Shown: in pieces, positions 37,206 through 45,699 of the stretch
How positions within the stretch are numbered: the first letter of the stretch is position 1
How the letters are laid out: the number at the start of each line of letters is the position of its first letter
Source: an uncultured Pseudomonadota bacterium
GTDB taxonomy: Bacteria > Oederibacteriota > Muellerivitia > Muellerivitales > Muellerivitaceae
Length of the DNA stretch: 64,000 nucleotides
Assembly: GCA_963770835.1 (NCBI GenBank)
Contig: CAVYRH010000026.1
Span: 160,001-224,000 of the forward strand
Direction of reading: 5' to 3'
Position numbers and translations under genes: made by a program
The notes under the pieces: model-generated
Told to the model about the DNA's origin: nothing
Database searches by the model: none
Seen by the model: only the letters and a program-made list of their open reading frames with translations

Positions 37206-38141
37206 TTAAGCCGTCATCGTGCCTTCGGCCAGATCCTCCGCCTCATTCTCCAATTGAATCCGGGCCGCTTCCAGGCGTTTCCGGCGCTCCGCCGTGATTT
37301 TAGGAAATTCCAACCCCAAGGAAGTGATTGTCCCCGTCAGGATGTCCGCTACCAGGGTACGGGACGCCCATTTGTGGTTGGAGGGGATCACGTACCAGGG
37401 CGCCCATTCGGTGGAGGTGGCGGCCAGGGCATCCTCGTAGGCCTGCATGTAATCATCCCAATAGGCCCGCTCAGGCAGGTCCGAATCCGAGAACTTCCAA
37501 TGCTTAGCCGGGTTGTTCAGGCGTTCCAGGAGCCGCTTGCGCTGTTCGTCCTTGGACATGTGCAGGTAAAACTTCAGCACGATGATGCCGTTGCGGGTGA
37601 GGTGCTTCTCGAAGTGGTTGATGTCGCTGTAACGGTGCCTCCAGATGTTCTCGCCCTTGATCCCCGGGGGAAGCTTTTGGTTTTCCAGGTATTCGGGATG
37701 CACCTTCACCACCAGCACGTCCTCGTAATAGGAGCGGTTGAAGATGCCGATGCGGCCCCGCTGGGGGATGTTTTTCATGTAGCGCCAGAGGAAGTTGTGG
37801 TCCAGCTCGTCGTTGGTGGGCTTCTTGAAGTTGGCCACCTGGCAGGCCTGGGGGTTGAGCCCCGACATAACATGGCGGATGATGCCATCCTTGCCGGCGG
37901 CGTCCATAGCCTGCAGGATCACCAGGACGCCGTAGGTATCGGAGGCCCACAACAGGTTCTGGGCCTCGGCCAGGTTTTCCAGGTTGCGCTTGAGGATCTT
38001 CTTGGCCAGTTTCATGACCCGCTCCTCACCGAAGCGGTCCAACAGGTCCTTGTGGGAGGCCCAGCCCGGGTCTAGGTCCTTGAAATAAACGTTCTTGCCC
38101 GGCTTCACAATGAATTTGTTCAGGAAGCTCTTCTGGATCAT
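37206..38141 (-). CDS. ppk2: Polyphosphate kinase 2 family protein
   Basis: Walker A QAMDAAGKDG, FNRSYYEDV, WKFSDSD, APWYVIP; ATG 38141 with AAGGAG SD. Confidence 0.92.
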   Translation of the reverse strand: MIQKSFLNKFIVKPGKNVYFKDLDPGWASHKDLLDRFGEERVMKLAKKILKRNLENLAEAQNLLWASDTYGVLVILQAMDAAGKDGIIRHVMSGLNPQACQVANFKKPTNDELDHNFLWRYMKNIPQRGRIGIFNRSYYEDVLVVKVHPEYLENQKLPPGIKGENIWRHRYSDINHFEKHLTRNGIIVLKFYLHMSKDEQRKRLLERLNNPAKHWKFSDSDLPERAYWDDYMQAYEDALAATSTEWAPWYVIPSNHKWASRTLVADILTGTITSLGLEFPKITAERRKRLEAARIQLENEAEDLAEGTMTA

Positions 38142-38294
38142 CAGGGATCTCCTTGGGTGAAATAGGGAGGCCATTATCCAGGAAGAAAAACAATCAAAGC
38201 GGCAGAATCGCGACTTTTTACCAAGACGTAACAAGGCGGGGGGGAAATGTTATAGTGATAGGCCTAATCTCAATAGTTCCATCCAGAGGACCCA

Positions 38295-38735
38295 ATGCCA
38301 CCTTTATTGATTCCCATGCTTTTGATGACTTTGGTTTTTTCCGTCGTTGTGGCAATCGGGGCAGGCCCCATCGCGGCCGCCGTGGGGGGCTGGGGCCAAC
38401 TGGCGAACTATTACCGGGCCACCAACCCTTTCGAGGGAAAGAAGCGAGTTGCCTCGGGGGGAATGGGCCTTGCCAATTACGGTTTTTCCCTTCTCCTGGG
38501 GGCCGACGCCCGGGGTTTTTCCATGGAGACCACCGGCTTCGTGCGCACGGGGCATGCCCCGCTTTTCATCCCCTGGTCCGACGTCAAGGCCACGGAGGCT
38601 TCCGGTTTGTTTGCGCCCCGGGTCCTTGTTGAATTTTCCAGGGCCCCGGGTATTGTCTTGCGCCTGACGAAAAAGACGGTGTTACAGCTGAAGGAAGGGG
38701 CGGGCGCACCCCAAGCCTTCCCCGGAATTCTTTAA
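38295..38735 (+). CDS. Hypothetical membrane-anchored protein
   Basis: GAGG SD; N-terminal TM; WxxLAxxY and PLFIPW motifs. Confidence 0.65.
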   Translation: MPPLLIPMLLMTLVFSVVVAIGAGPIAAAVGGWGQLANYYRATNPFEGKKRVASGGMGLANYGFSLLLGADARGFSMETTGFVRTGHAPLFIPWSDVKATEASGLFAPRVLVEFSRAPGIVLRLTKKTVLQLKEGAGAPQAFPGIL

Positions 38736-38741
38736 ACCCCC

Positions 38742-40232
38742 ATGGAAACTCCCTCCTCCGGCCAACAAGGCATCCTCCTGAAAATCGCGGTCAAAGCCAT
38801 GGTTGACCGGGGCTTTGAACCCAACTTTCCGCCCGAGGCCCTTGCTCAATTGGAGGCAATCCGACTACCGGCGGGGGAGGCTGGTCCCTTGAAGGACCTT
38901 ACCGGGCTCCTTTGGTGTTCCATCGACAACGACGACTCTAAGGATTTGGACCAGCTTTCGGTGGGGGAGAAGCTGCCGGATGGCCGGGTCAAGGTCTATG
39001 TGGCGGTGGCCGACGTGGACGCCCTGGTGAAACGGGGCACGCCGCTCGACCTGCACGCCCAAAAGAACACCACTTCGGTTTACACGGGCGTCAAGACCTT
39101 CCCCATGCTGCCCGAAAGGCTTTCCACGGACCTAACTTCCCTCAACGAAAACGAAAAGCGCGCGGCCCTAGTGGTGGAAATGACGGTGGACGGGGAAGGC
39201 CGGGTGCCGGAATCCGCCGTTTACGGGGCCTGGGTGCAAAATAAGGCCAAGCTGGCCTATAACGCGGTCGGGGCCTGGCTGGAGGGGAAGGGGCCCCTGC
39301 CCCCGGCGGCCGGGCGCGTGCCGGGCATGGACGCCCAATTAAAGCTCCAGGACGGGGCCGCCCAAAGCTTGCGCCGCCTGCGCTACGAGCACGGGGCCTT
39401 GGAACTGGAAACGCTCCAGCCCCGGCCCGTCACGAAAGACGGGGAAGTCGTCGACTTGGCGCTGGAATTCCAGAACCGCGCGGGCGAATTGATCGAGGAC
39501 TTCATGGTCGCGGCCAACGGCGTGACGGCGCGGTTCCTTACGGCTGCCGGATTCCCCACCCTGCGCAGGGTGGTCCGGACCCCCGAACGGTGGGACAAAA
39601 TCGTTTCGGTGGCGGAAAGTTTGGGAGAAAAACTTCCAGGACAACCCGATTCCAAGGCACTCAACGACTTCCTGGCCCGCCAGCGAAAGAAGGACCCCCT
39701 GCGTTTTCCCGACCTGTCCTTAACCGTCGTGAAACTCCTGGGCCGGGGCGAGTACGTGCCCGAGGCGCCGGGAGAGGTCCCCTTGGGCCACTTCGGCCTG
39801 GCCGTGAGGGACTACAACCATTCCACCGCCCCCAACCGCCGCTATCCGGACCTCATCACCCACCGCCTCCTGAAGGCGGCGCTGGCCAAAGCCCCCGCGC
39901 CCTACAGCCGGGAGGAACTATCCTCCCTCGCGGCCCATTGCACGGCCCAGGAAAACGCCGCGGACAAGGTGGAGCGGCAGGTGCGCAAATCCGCCAGCGC
40001 GCTTTTCCTTTCCAAGCGCATCGGCGATTATTTCGAGGCCGTCGTCACCGGCGCCTCGGACAAGGGCACCTGGGTGCGGGTTTTGAACCCCGCCGTGGAA
40101 GGGAAGGTGGTGCAGGGGGCCCGGGGATTGGACGTGGGCGACCGGGTAAGGGTAAAGCTGATTGAAGTGAACGTGGAGAACGGCTGGATTGATTTCGTCA
40201 ATGCCGGACAGCACCCAGGGCCTTCGAAATGA
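38742..40232 (+). CDS. RNB-domain exoribonuclease (RNase II/R family)
   Basis: SIDNDDSKDLDQ, IEDFMVAAN, HFGL, TAPNRRYPDL. Confidence 0.92.
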   Translation: METPSSGQQGILLKIAVKAMVDRGFEPNFPPEALAQLEAIRLPAGEAGPLKDLTGLLWCSIDNDDSKDLDQLSVGEKLPDGRVKVYVAVADVDALVKRGTPLDLHAQKNTTSVYTGVKTFPMLPERLSTDLTSLNENEKRAALVVEMTVDGEGRVPESAVYGAWVQNKAKLAYNAVGAWLEGKGPLPPAAGRVPGMDAQLKLQDGAAQSLRRLRYEHGALELETLQPRPVTKDGEVVDLALEFQNRAGELIEDFMVAANGVTARFLTAAGFPTLRRVVRTPERWDKIVSVAESLGEKLPGQPDSKALNDFLARQRKKDPLRFPDLSLTVVKLLGRGEYVPEAPGEVPLGHFGLAVRDYNHSTAPNRRYPDLITHRLLKAALAKAPAPYSREELSSLAAHCTAQENAADKVERQVRKSASALFLSKRIGDYFEAVVTGASDKGTWVRVLNPAVEGKVVQGARGLDVGDRVRVKLIEVNVENGWIDFVNAGQHPGPSK

Positions 40233-40528
40233 AAAAATGCCACGCCTGCGGGGAGCCCTGGGAAGGGACGCCGGGCAGCCAGCCGGGGCGCAACGAAACC
40301 TGCGTCAAGTGCGGGGCGGACCTGCATTGCTGCCTCAACTGCCGCCACTACGACCCCTCGGTGCACCACGAATGCCGGAGCTCCACCACCGAGTACGTGA
40401 AAGACAAGGAAAAGCAAAATTATTGCGATGAATTCGAATTCACGGGTGCGGGCAAGAGCCCAGGCGGTGGCGGGTCTTCCTCCCAGGGGGATATGGAAAG
40501 CAAATGGAAAGACTTGTTTAACGAATAA
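40229..40528 (+). CDS. Cys-rich putative zinc-binding protein
   Basis: CxxC, CxxC, CCxxC, C, C; ATGA overlap with the RNase. Confidence 0.7.
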   Translation: MKKCHACGEPWEGTPGSQPGRNETCVKCGADLHCCLNCRHYDPSVHHECRSSTTEYVKDKEKQNYCDEFEFTGAGKSPGGGGSSSQGDMESKWKDLFNE

Positions 40529-40619
40529 TTATGAATTTTAAATTGAGGAAGTTTTCAATCTTTGATTGAAAACGACCGGCCATTTTAATGTTTTAAAGAT
40601 ATCCAAAAAGGAGCCGTCC

Positions 40620-40796
40620 ATGAAAAACGTCGAAATGAAGGTGGAAGGCAACATCCTGACGATCAAGGTGGATTTGTCCAAGGAGTTCGGCCCTTCCTCA
40701 TCGGGCAAAACGACCATCATCGCTTCCACTGAAGGGAATATCTCCGTCTCCGACCGGGATGAGAAGGTGGGCCTGAACGTTTATAAAAAGAAGTAA
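40620..40796 (+). CDS. Small hypothetical protein (58 aa)
   Basis: AAGGAG SD; MKNVEMKVEGNILTIKVDLSKEFGPSSSGKT. Confidence 0.75.
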   Translation: MKNVEMKVEGNILTIKVDLSKEFGPSSSGKTTIIASTEGNISVSDRDEKVGLNVYKKK

Positions 40797-40802
40797 CCGG
40801 GG

Positions 40803-41123
40803 TTAGGGTTGGCGGCGCTCTGCGCCCGTAGGGCTGGCGCCTTCGGACTTGCGGCGGTCCTTGGAATAAAGCACGTAATTTCCACCGATTTTCTTATAAA
40901 CGTACTTGTTTTCGGCGTCCCAGAAAAGGCCCTGGGCAATAGGTTTCAAGTGGATGGGCATGGCGTCAAACTTGTACCGGCGGTCCTTGGGCACGGGGCG
41001 GTGGGAAAACCGCCGGTCATGCCGCACAAAAGTGAAAGTTAAGCCCTGTTTCTTGAGGATGGTCTTTTTGACAGGATCGAAGTAGAAATTTCCACTGAGT
41101 TTGATGTAGTTTTTCTCGGACAT
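40803..41123 (-). CDS. Basic hypothetical protein with an internal two-fold repeat (DRR motifs)
   Basis: two ~50-aa units, each F/W-D..K..KK.G....DRR....(D/E)RR. Confidence 0.65.
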   Translation of the reverse strand: MSEKNYIKLSGNFYFDPVKKTILKKQGLTFTFVRHDRRFSHRPVPKDRRYKFDAMPIHLKPIAQGLFWDAENKYVYKKIGGNYVLYSKDRRKSEGASPTGAERRQP

Positions 41124-41244
41124 GGTTCCCCCGATATTTTCCCGTATTCTAACCCGGATCGAGGGTTCTCCTAGGCTTTGTAAAAGTAATTTTTTTCACA
41201 AATTTTTCATGCATTTCGCCTTCTTTTACCTAAAATGATAAGCG

Positions 41245-42093
41245 ATGAAAATGCTTTCCATAGAGCCACAAAAACCAACCACCGAGATCCTCGATGATTC
41301 CAAGTACGCCCGGGGCACGGGGATTTTCTCCATCTACGAAAAGATCGAGCTTCCAGCCGAACCCAAGAAGCGCTGCCTGGCCCTCCTGGAGCTGGGCAAC
41401 GACACGCTTTTAGCCAACGACTTCAACATCCTCGATTTCGTCCCCTATCCCGGCCTGGGCAACGTGAAGCCGGACGAGCCGCTGAAATACTCCTGGATCC
41501 TTTCCGAATCCCACCGGCTGATGATTTACGACCCCAAGACCAAGCGCCTGATCGACGAGCTTTACACCTGCAGCCCGGAGAAGGACGGGCAGCTGATGTT
41601 CGAAAAAACCAACAAGCTCCTCAAGAAACCCACCAAGACCGTCACCTTGAACGAGATCGTGGGGAAGGAAATAGCCCTCAAGGAGGAGCCGGATAAGCTG
41701 TTCCATTCGGTCAAGAAGGCCTCCACCAAACTGAGGTTCGCCCCGGACCAGAACTATTGCGTGTCCGCTGTTTTTTTCGACATCCCAGACCGCAAGCTGG
41801 ACGAGGACAGCCTGGAACTCATGCTCACCAAGGCGCTCAACAAGGATGACCAGAAACCCGTCATCGAATCGGCCTGCCGCTACGATCCGCAAGGCTACAC
41901 TTACATCCACCAGTCCTCCAAGCACTTCGCCGGGCTCCACAGCTACCCCGGCACCTTGAAGTCCGCCCACTTGAGCCTCATCGGCACGGGCAACGCCGTC
42001 GTGTCGGTCCTGGAGGACATGGAAGAAGTGGTTTACACCCGAAAAAAGTCCGAGCCCACCATCAGCGTGAAGATCGTCGCCGAGGATTTTTAA
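41245..42093 (+). CDS. Divergent two-domain S-adenosylmethionine decarboxylase-like pyruvoyl proenzyme
   Basis: ILSESH (E88-S89) and YTC (C109) in the first half; YDPQGYT...LHSYP in the second half. Confidence 0.6.
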   Translation: MKMLSIEPQKPTTEILDDSKYARGTGIFSIYEKIELPAEPKKRCLALLELGNDTLLANDFNILDFVPYPGLGNVKPDEPLKYSWILSESHRLMIYDPKTKRLIDELYTCSPEKDGQLMFEKTNKLLKKPTKTVTLNEIVGKEIALKEEPDKLFHSVKKASTKLRFAPDQNYCVSAVFFDIPDRKLDEDSLELMLTKALNKDDQKPVIESACRYDPQGYTYIHQSSKHFAGLHSYPGTLKSAHLSLIGTGNAVVSVLEDMEEVVYTRKKSEPTISVKIVAEDF

Positions 42094-42120
42094 AAGACGA
42101 TTTGAACCACCAAGACACCA

Positions 42121-42197
42121 TGCCGACCTTCCATAAGGGAGTTAAAGAGGTCGGTATAGTACCGATTTCCATAATTTTGTTTTAAGGATAATCGGCA
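42121..42197 (-). repeat. Double-hairpin dispersed element, copy 1
   Basis: TGCCGAC...GTCGGTA-TAG-TACCGAT...ATCGGCA; reverse complement of 44740-44817 except for one base. Confidence 0.9.
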
Positions 42198-42277
42198 CAA
42201 GGGCACCAAGAACGGCAAAAGAATTCCGGAAAGCCATCGCCTCTTTTTCTTTATCTGAATGGAAAGGCGGACCTCCC

Positions 42278-42784
42278 ATGAAATGGTTCCTCGCGATCTT
42301 CGTCCTCGCCGTAGCCGGCCTTGCCGGTTGGTTCGGCTACTGCCCCATTCCCATCCTCGACCAATTCCAAGCGGCAGTGGACAGCGGTAAGCCCGAGGCG
42401 GTCCAGCCGTTCATGGACGTCCCCTCCCTGAAGAAGAACGTCGCGGATTACGTCAAGCTGCGGTACAACCACGCCGACAACCCTTCCGCCGATTTGTCCC
42501 CCGACCAGGTCGATTCCATCGTGAACAGTTTCGTGACGCCTAACACCATCCTGCTGATGATGAAGGGCGTCAAACTGGAACCGGGAAATACCCTGCCGGA
42601 CACCGTGCCGGAGGGCCCGGATCCCTTTCCCGTCGACAAGCATTACCAATCCCCGGACATCTATGCCATTGATATTTACTTAAGCCAGGTCCAGACCCCC
42701 GACAATAAAATGACGATTTTTTTCGAACGGAACGGGTGGTTCGATTGGAAGCTGGCGGGTCTCCGCTTTTCCTGGGGCGGGTAA
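42278..42784 (+). CDS. DUF2939-like membrane-anchored protein
   Basis: N-terminal TM; AVDSG...MDVPSLKKN; C-terminal RNGWFDWKL. Confidence 0.6.
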   Translation: MKWFLAIFVLAVAGLAGWFGYCPIPILDQFQAAVDSGKPEAVQPFMDVPSLKKNVADYVKLRYNHADNPSADLSPDQVDSIVNSFVTPNTILLMMKGVKLEPGNTLPDTVPEGPDPFPVDKHYQSPDIYAIDIYLSQVQTPDNKMTIFFERNGWFDWKLAGLRFSWGG

Positions 42785-42809
42785 TTTAATTCAGTAACGG
42801 GGGGAATTT

Positions 42810-43175
42810 ATGGACAAGCTGACGGGTTTCGTGGGCCGGATCATTTACGCAATTCCATTCCTGGGATTCGGGTTTGGCCACTTGTCGAACGCGGGTAAGA
42901 TGGCGGGCTACGTGCCTTCTTATATCCCGGGCGGTGTTTTTTGGATTTACTTCACGGGTGTTGCCATGATCCTGGCGGCCTTGGCCATCATCACGGGCAA
43001 GCAAGGGCGAAATGCCTGCTTAGGTCTGGCCCTCATGCTTCTCATCTTCATCGTGACCATCCACCTGCCGGGATTGTCAAACCCTGAAATGAAGATGATG
43101 TCGATGATGAATTTTTTCAAGGACATGGGTCTGATGGGCGGGGCGCTCGTCATCGCGGGGACATTCAAAAAGTAG
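42810..43175 (+). CDS. DoxX family membrane protein
   Basis: GRIIYA..GFGH, TIH, FFKDMGLMGGAL. Confidence 0.85.
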   Translation: MDKLTGFVGRIIYAIPFLGFGFGHLSNAGKMAGYVPSYIPGGVFWIYFTGVAMILAALAIITGKQGRNACLGLALMLLIFIVTIHLPGLSNPEMKMMSMMNFFKDMGLMGGALVIAGTFKK

Positions 43176-43179
43176 GGAT

Positions 43180-43346
43180 CTACCGGCCGCTGCCCATCAC
43201 TTCGCCTGCAGCCTCGCTGCCTTGGGCCAATCGCCTTGCGATTGGCACCACCCAAGCTTAGCCTCTCACCTTGTGGGTTCGAGGCTGGGACGGCATTCTA
43301 CCGACCGCTGCCCATCACTTCACCCGCGGCCTCGCTGCCTTGGACC
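43180..43346 (-). repeat. 49-bp direct repeat duplicating the 3' end (including the stop) of the small pilin-like gene
   Basis: 43180-43228 vs 43298-43346, 5 transitions. Confidence 0.85.
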
Positions 43347-43549
43347 GCGGCGGCGGCAGGAGAACCCGACATGGGCTGACCGCCGTTGATCGTGCTGGGA
43401 GCGGAAGCGGCGGGCTTATCACCTCCCGCCACCATGGGCCAGAGGTAGACATAACCCGCGTATCCGGCGGCGCCCAAGATCAGCACAAACAACAGGACCT
43501 TCACCATGCCCTCGCCTTTTTGGTTTCGAATGCCTTTGAATGGATTCAT
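43298..43549 (-). CDS. Small membrane-anchored protein with a prepilin-like (class III) leader
   Basis: AGGAGG SD; RNQKG|EGMVKVLLFVLIL hydrophobic segment. Confidence 0.55.
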   Translation of the reverse strand: MNPFKGIRNQKGEGMVKVLLFVLILGAAGYAGYVYLWPMVAGGDKPAASAPSTINGGQPMSGSPAAAAVQGSEAAGEVMGSGR

Positions 43550-43651
43550 CTTACCCTCCTGGAGTGTCATGTCTTAATCGTACCACTGAAAGCATCCCCG
43601 AAATATCGATCCACAAACCATCTTTTTTCCTTTATCTTGTAATCATTCATG

Positions 43652-43755
43652 TGCCGATTCATCGTTTATAAAAAAGAAAAAAAGGAAATCGGTACTATAC
43701 CGACCTCTGTTTTTTGTGCGGCAAGCCGCGCAAAACAGTAAAAGGAATGTCGGCA
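43652..43755 (+). repeat. Double-hairpin dispersed element, copy 2 (divergent loops)
   Basis: TGCCGATT...GGAAATCGGTACTATACCGACCTCT...GTCGGCA; its last base is the A of the lipA ATG. Confidence 0.85.
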
Positions 43756-44645
43756 TGAGTAATCAAATCCTAAATACCCCCCGCCTTCCAATACCTTCTT
43801 TCCTCCTCAACCCCCATCCTAAGCACGTGTTCCGGGAAGCCATCGCCCAGCTCCCCATGAACGGTATCCACACCATCTGCGAGGAAGCCAAGTGCCCCAA
43901 TCGGGGTGAATGCCTGCCGCACCACGGCACCATTTCCATCATGGTCATGGGTTCCATCTGCACCCGGGGGTGCCCTTTTTGCGCGGTGACGACCGGCAGG
44001 CCCCTGCCCCTGGACCCGGAGGAACCCCAAAAGGTCGTGGAGATCGCCAAGGCGTTGAAGGTGCGCTACCTGGTCATGACTTCCCCCAACCGGGATGAAC
44101 AGGCGGACGGGGGCGCTACCCAGTTCGTGAAAATTGTGGGCGCTTTGAGGGTATTCAATCCGGATTTGAGGATCGAAATTTTAGTGCCCGATTTCCAAGG
44201 CAAGGAAGCGTCGTTTCAGGCACTGCTGCAAAACCCACCGGACGTCATCGCCCATGACTTACAAACCATCCCACGGCTTTATGAATCCATCCGGCCGGGA
44301 GCTGAATATCCAAGGTCGCTCAACCTTTTCCGCTGGTTCAAGAAAAACTCCGATTCTTCCAAAGTCGTGTTGAAAGCGGGGCTGATGGTGGGTTTCGGGG
44401 AAACCGAGGAAGAGGTGGCGTGTGTTTTGGCGGACGCGGCTGAGGCCGGCGTGAAGTTTTTCACCATCGGGCAATACCTGAAGCCTCCTGGTTCCAGCCT
44501 GGAGGTCACCGAATATGTGCCCCTGGAACGCTACCGCCGCTGGACAGAAGCGGGAGCCAAGCTGGGACTTGCGGTACAAGCATCCCCCCTGACCCGTTCC
44601 AGTTACTTGGCTGACCGTCTGGCGACGGAAAACCGAACATCCTAA
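43755..44645 (+). CDS. lipA: Lipoyl synthase
   Basis: CEEAKCPNRGEC, CTRGCPFC, GQYL, RSSY. Confidence 0.95.
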   Translation: MSNQILNTPRLPIPSFLLNPHPKHVFREAIAQLPMNGIHTICEEAKCPNRGECLPHHGTISIMVMGSICTRGCPFCAVTTGRPLPLDPEEPQKVVEIAKALKVRYLVMTSPNRDEQADGGATQFVKIVGALRVFNPDLRIEILVPDFQGKEASFQALLQNPPDVIAHDLQTIPRLYESIRPGAEYPRSLNLFRWFKKNSDSSKVVLKAGLMVGFGETEEEVACVLADAAEAGVKFFTIGQYLKPPGSSLEVTEYVPLERYRRWTEAGAKLGLAVQASPLTRSSYLADRLATENRTS

Positions 44646-44653
44646 AGTCATTT

Positions 44654-44836
44654 AACCACCAAGGCACCAAGAACGACATCAAATGAAAACCGAGAAAAGA
44701 TATTTAAAATTCATTTTTCTGCCTTACTTGGTGTCTTTGTGCCGATTATCCTTAAAACAAAATTATGGAAATCGGTACTATACCGACCTCTTTAAACTCC
44801 CTTATGGAAGGTCGGCATTGTGTCTTGGCGGTTCAA
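44654..44836 (+). repeat. CACCAAG-based palindromic repeat carrying double-hairpin element copy 3 (44740-44817) in its right arm
   Basis: AACCACCAAGGCACCAAG ... CTTGGTGTCTTTG[element]TTGTGTCTTGGCGGTT. Confidence 0.85.
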
Positions 44837-44898
44837 ATGATTTTGCCTTAAGCTTTAACCGTCCTTGACCTTATCCTCCGGACATTGAACAATAAGCC

Positions 44899-45699
44899 AT
44901 GCCTTCCTCCGGAAAAAACGGAAACAACTCCCTCTTCAATCGATTGATCCTGCCCCTGGCCGTTCCCGCCCTGGCCCTTGTTTTTTGGCAGGTCATGAGC
45001 GACAAGGGCTTCCTCAGACCCTCCATCCTGCCTTCCCCCTTGGTGATCGCTAAAACACTCCAAAGCATGCTTGTCTCCGGCGAGCTCTTGGGCCATTTGA
45101 AGGTAAGCCTCCTCCGGGTGTTCGAGGGTTTCGGCATTGGGGCGGTCTTGGGGACGGGCTTGGGACTGGCCATGGGCCTTTCCGTGCGCCTGAACCGGGC
45201 CTTTTCCCTGGTGACGGGCCTTTTGCGTCCCATCCCCACCATCGCCTGGATCCCGGTCCTCATCCTTTGGCTGGGCATTGACGAGGGTTCCAAAGTCACG
45301 GTGATCGCCGTGGGCAGTTTTTGGCCCGTGTTTTTAAACGTCCTGCAAGGGGTGAAAGGGACCGACATTAAATACCTGGAAGTGGCGAGGGTTTTGGAAA
45401 AAAACCGGCTGACCGTCCTTACCCGCGTCGTCCTGCCCTCGGCCCTTCCTTCCCTTTTCACTGGGTTACGTGTAGGTCTGGGCATTGCCTGGGCCAGCGT
45501 TGTGGGGGCCGAGCTCATCGCGGCTTCCTCCGGCATCGGTTACATGATCATGTATGCCCGCGAGGTATCCCAGCCCGACGTCATGCTAGTGGGGGTCGTC
45601 ACCATCGGGCTGACGGGCTTGTTGATGGACTTCCTGGTCGTGAAATTGGAGCAACGGCTCCTTCGGTGGAATAAAGCCGGGGAAGAAGGGCAGGTATGA
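44899..45699 (+). CDS. Sulfonate/nitrate/taurine ABC transporter permease (SsuC-like)
   Basis: ILPSP, LRPIPTIAWIP, VVLPSALP, GAELIAASSGIG. Confidence 0.9.
   Translation: MPSSGKNGNNSLFNRLILPLAVPALALVFWQVMSDKGFLRPSILPSPLVIAKTLQSMLVSGELLGHLKVSLLRVFEGFGIGAVLGTGLGLAMGLSVRLNRAFSLVTGLLRPIPTIAWIPVLILWLGIDEGSKVTVIAVGSFWPVFLNVLQGVKGTDIKYLEVARVLEKNRLTVLTRVVLPSALPSLFTGLRVGLGIAWASVVGAELIAASSGIGYMIMYAREVSQPDVMLVGVVTIGLTGLLMDFLVVKLEQRLLRWNKAGEEGQV

Noticed and set aside
43180..43346. DGR template/variable repeat pair
   Set aside because: Differences are not adenine-specific on either strand, the repeat is short, and no reverse transcriptase is present
42101..44836. CRISPR array interpretation of the repeated 25-bp core
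   Set aside because: Only three copies, 1-1.5 kb apart, in mixed orientation and separated by whole genes; no cas genes in the window
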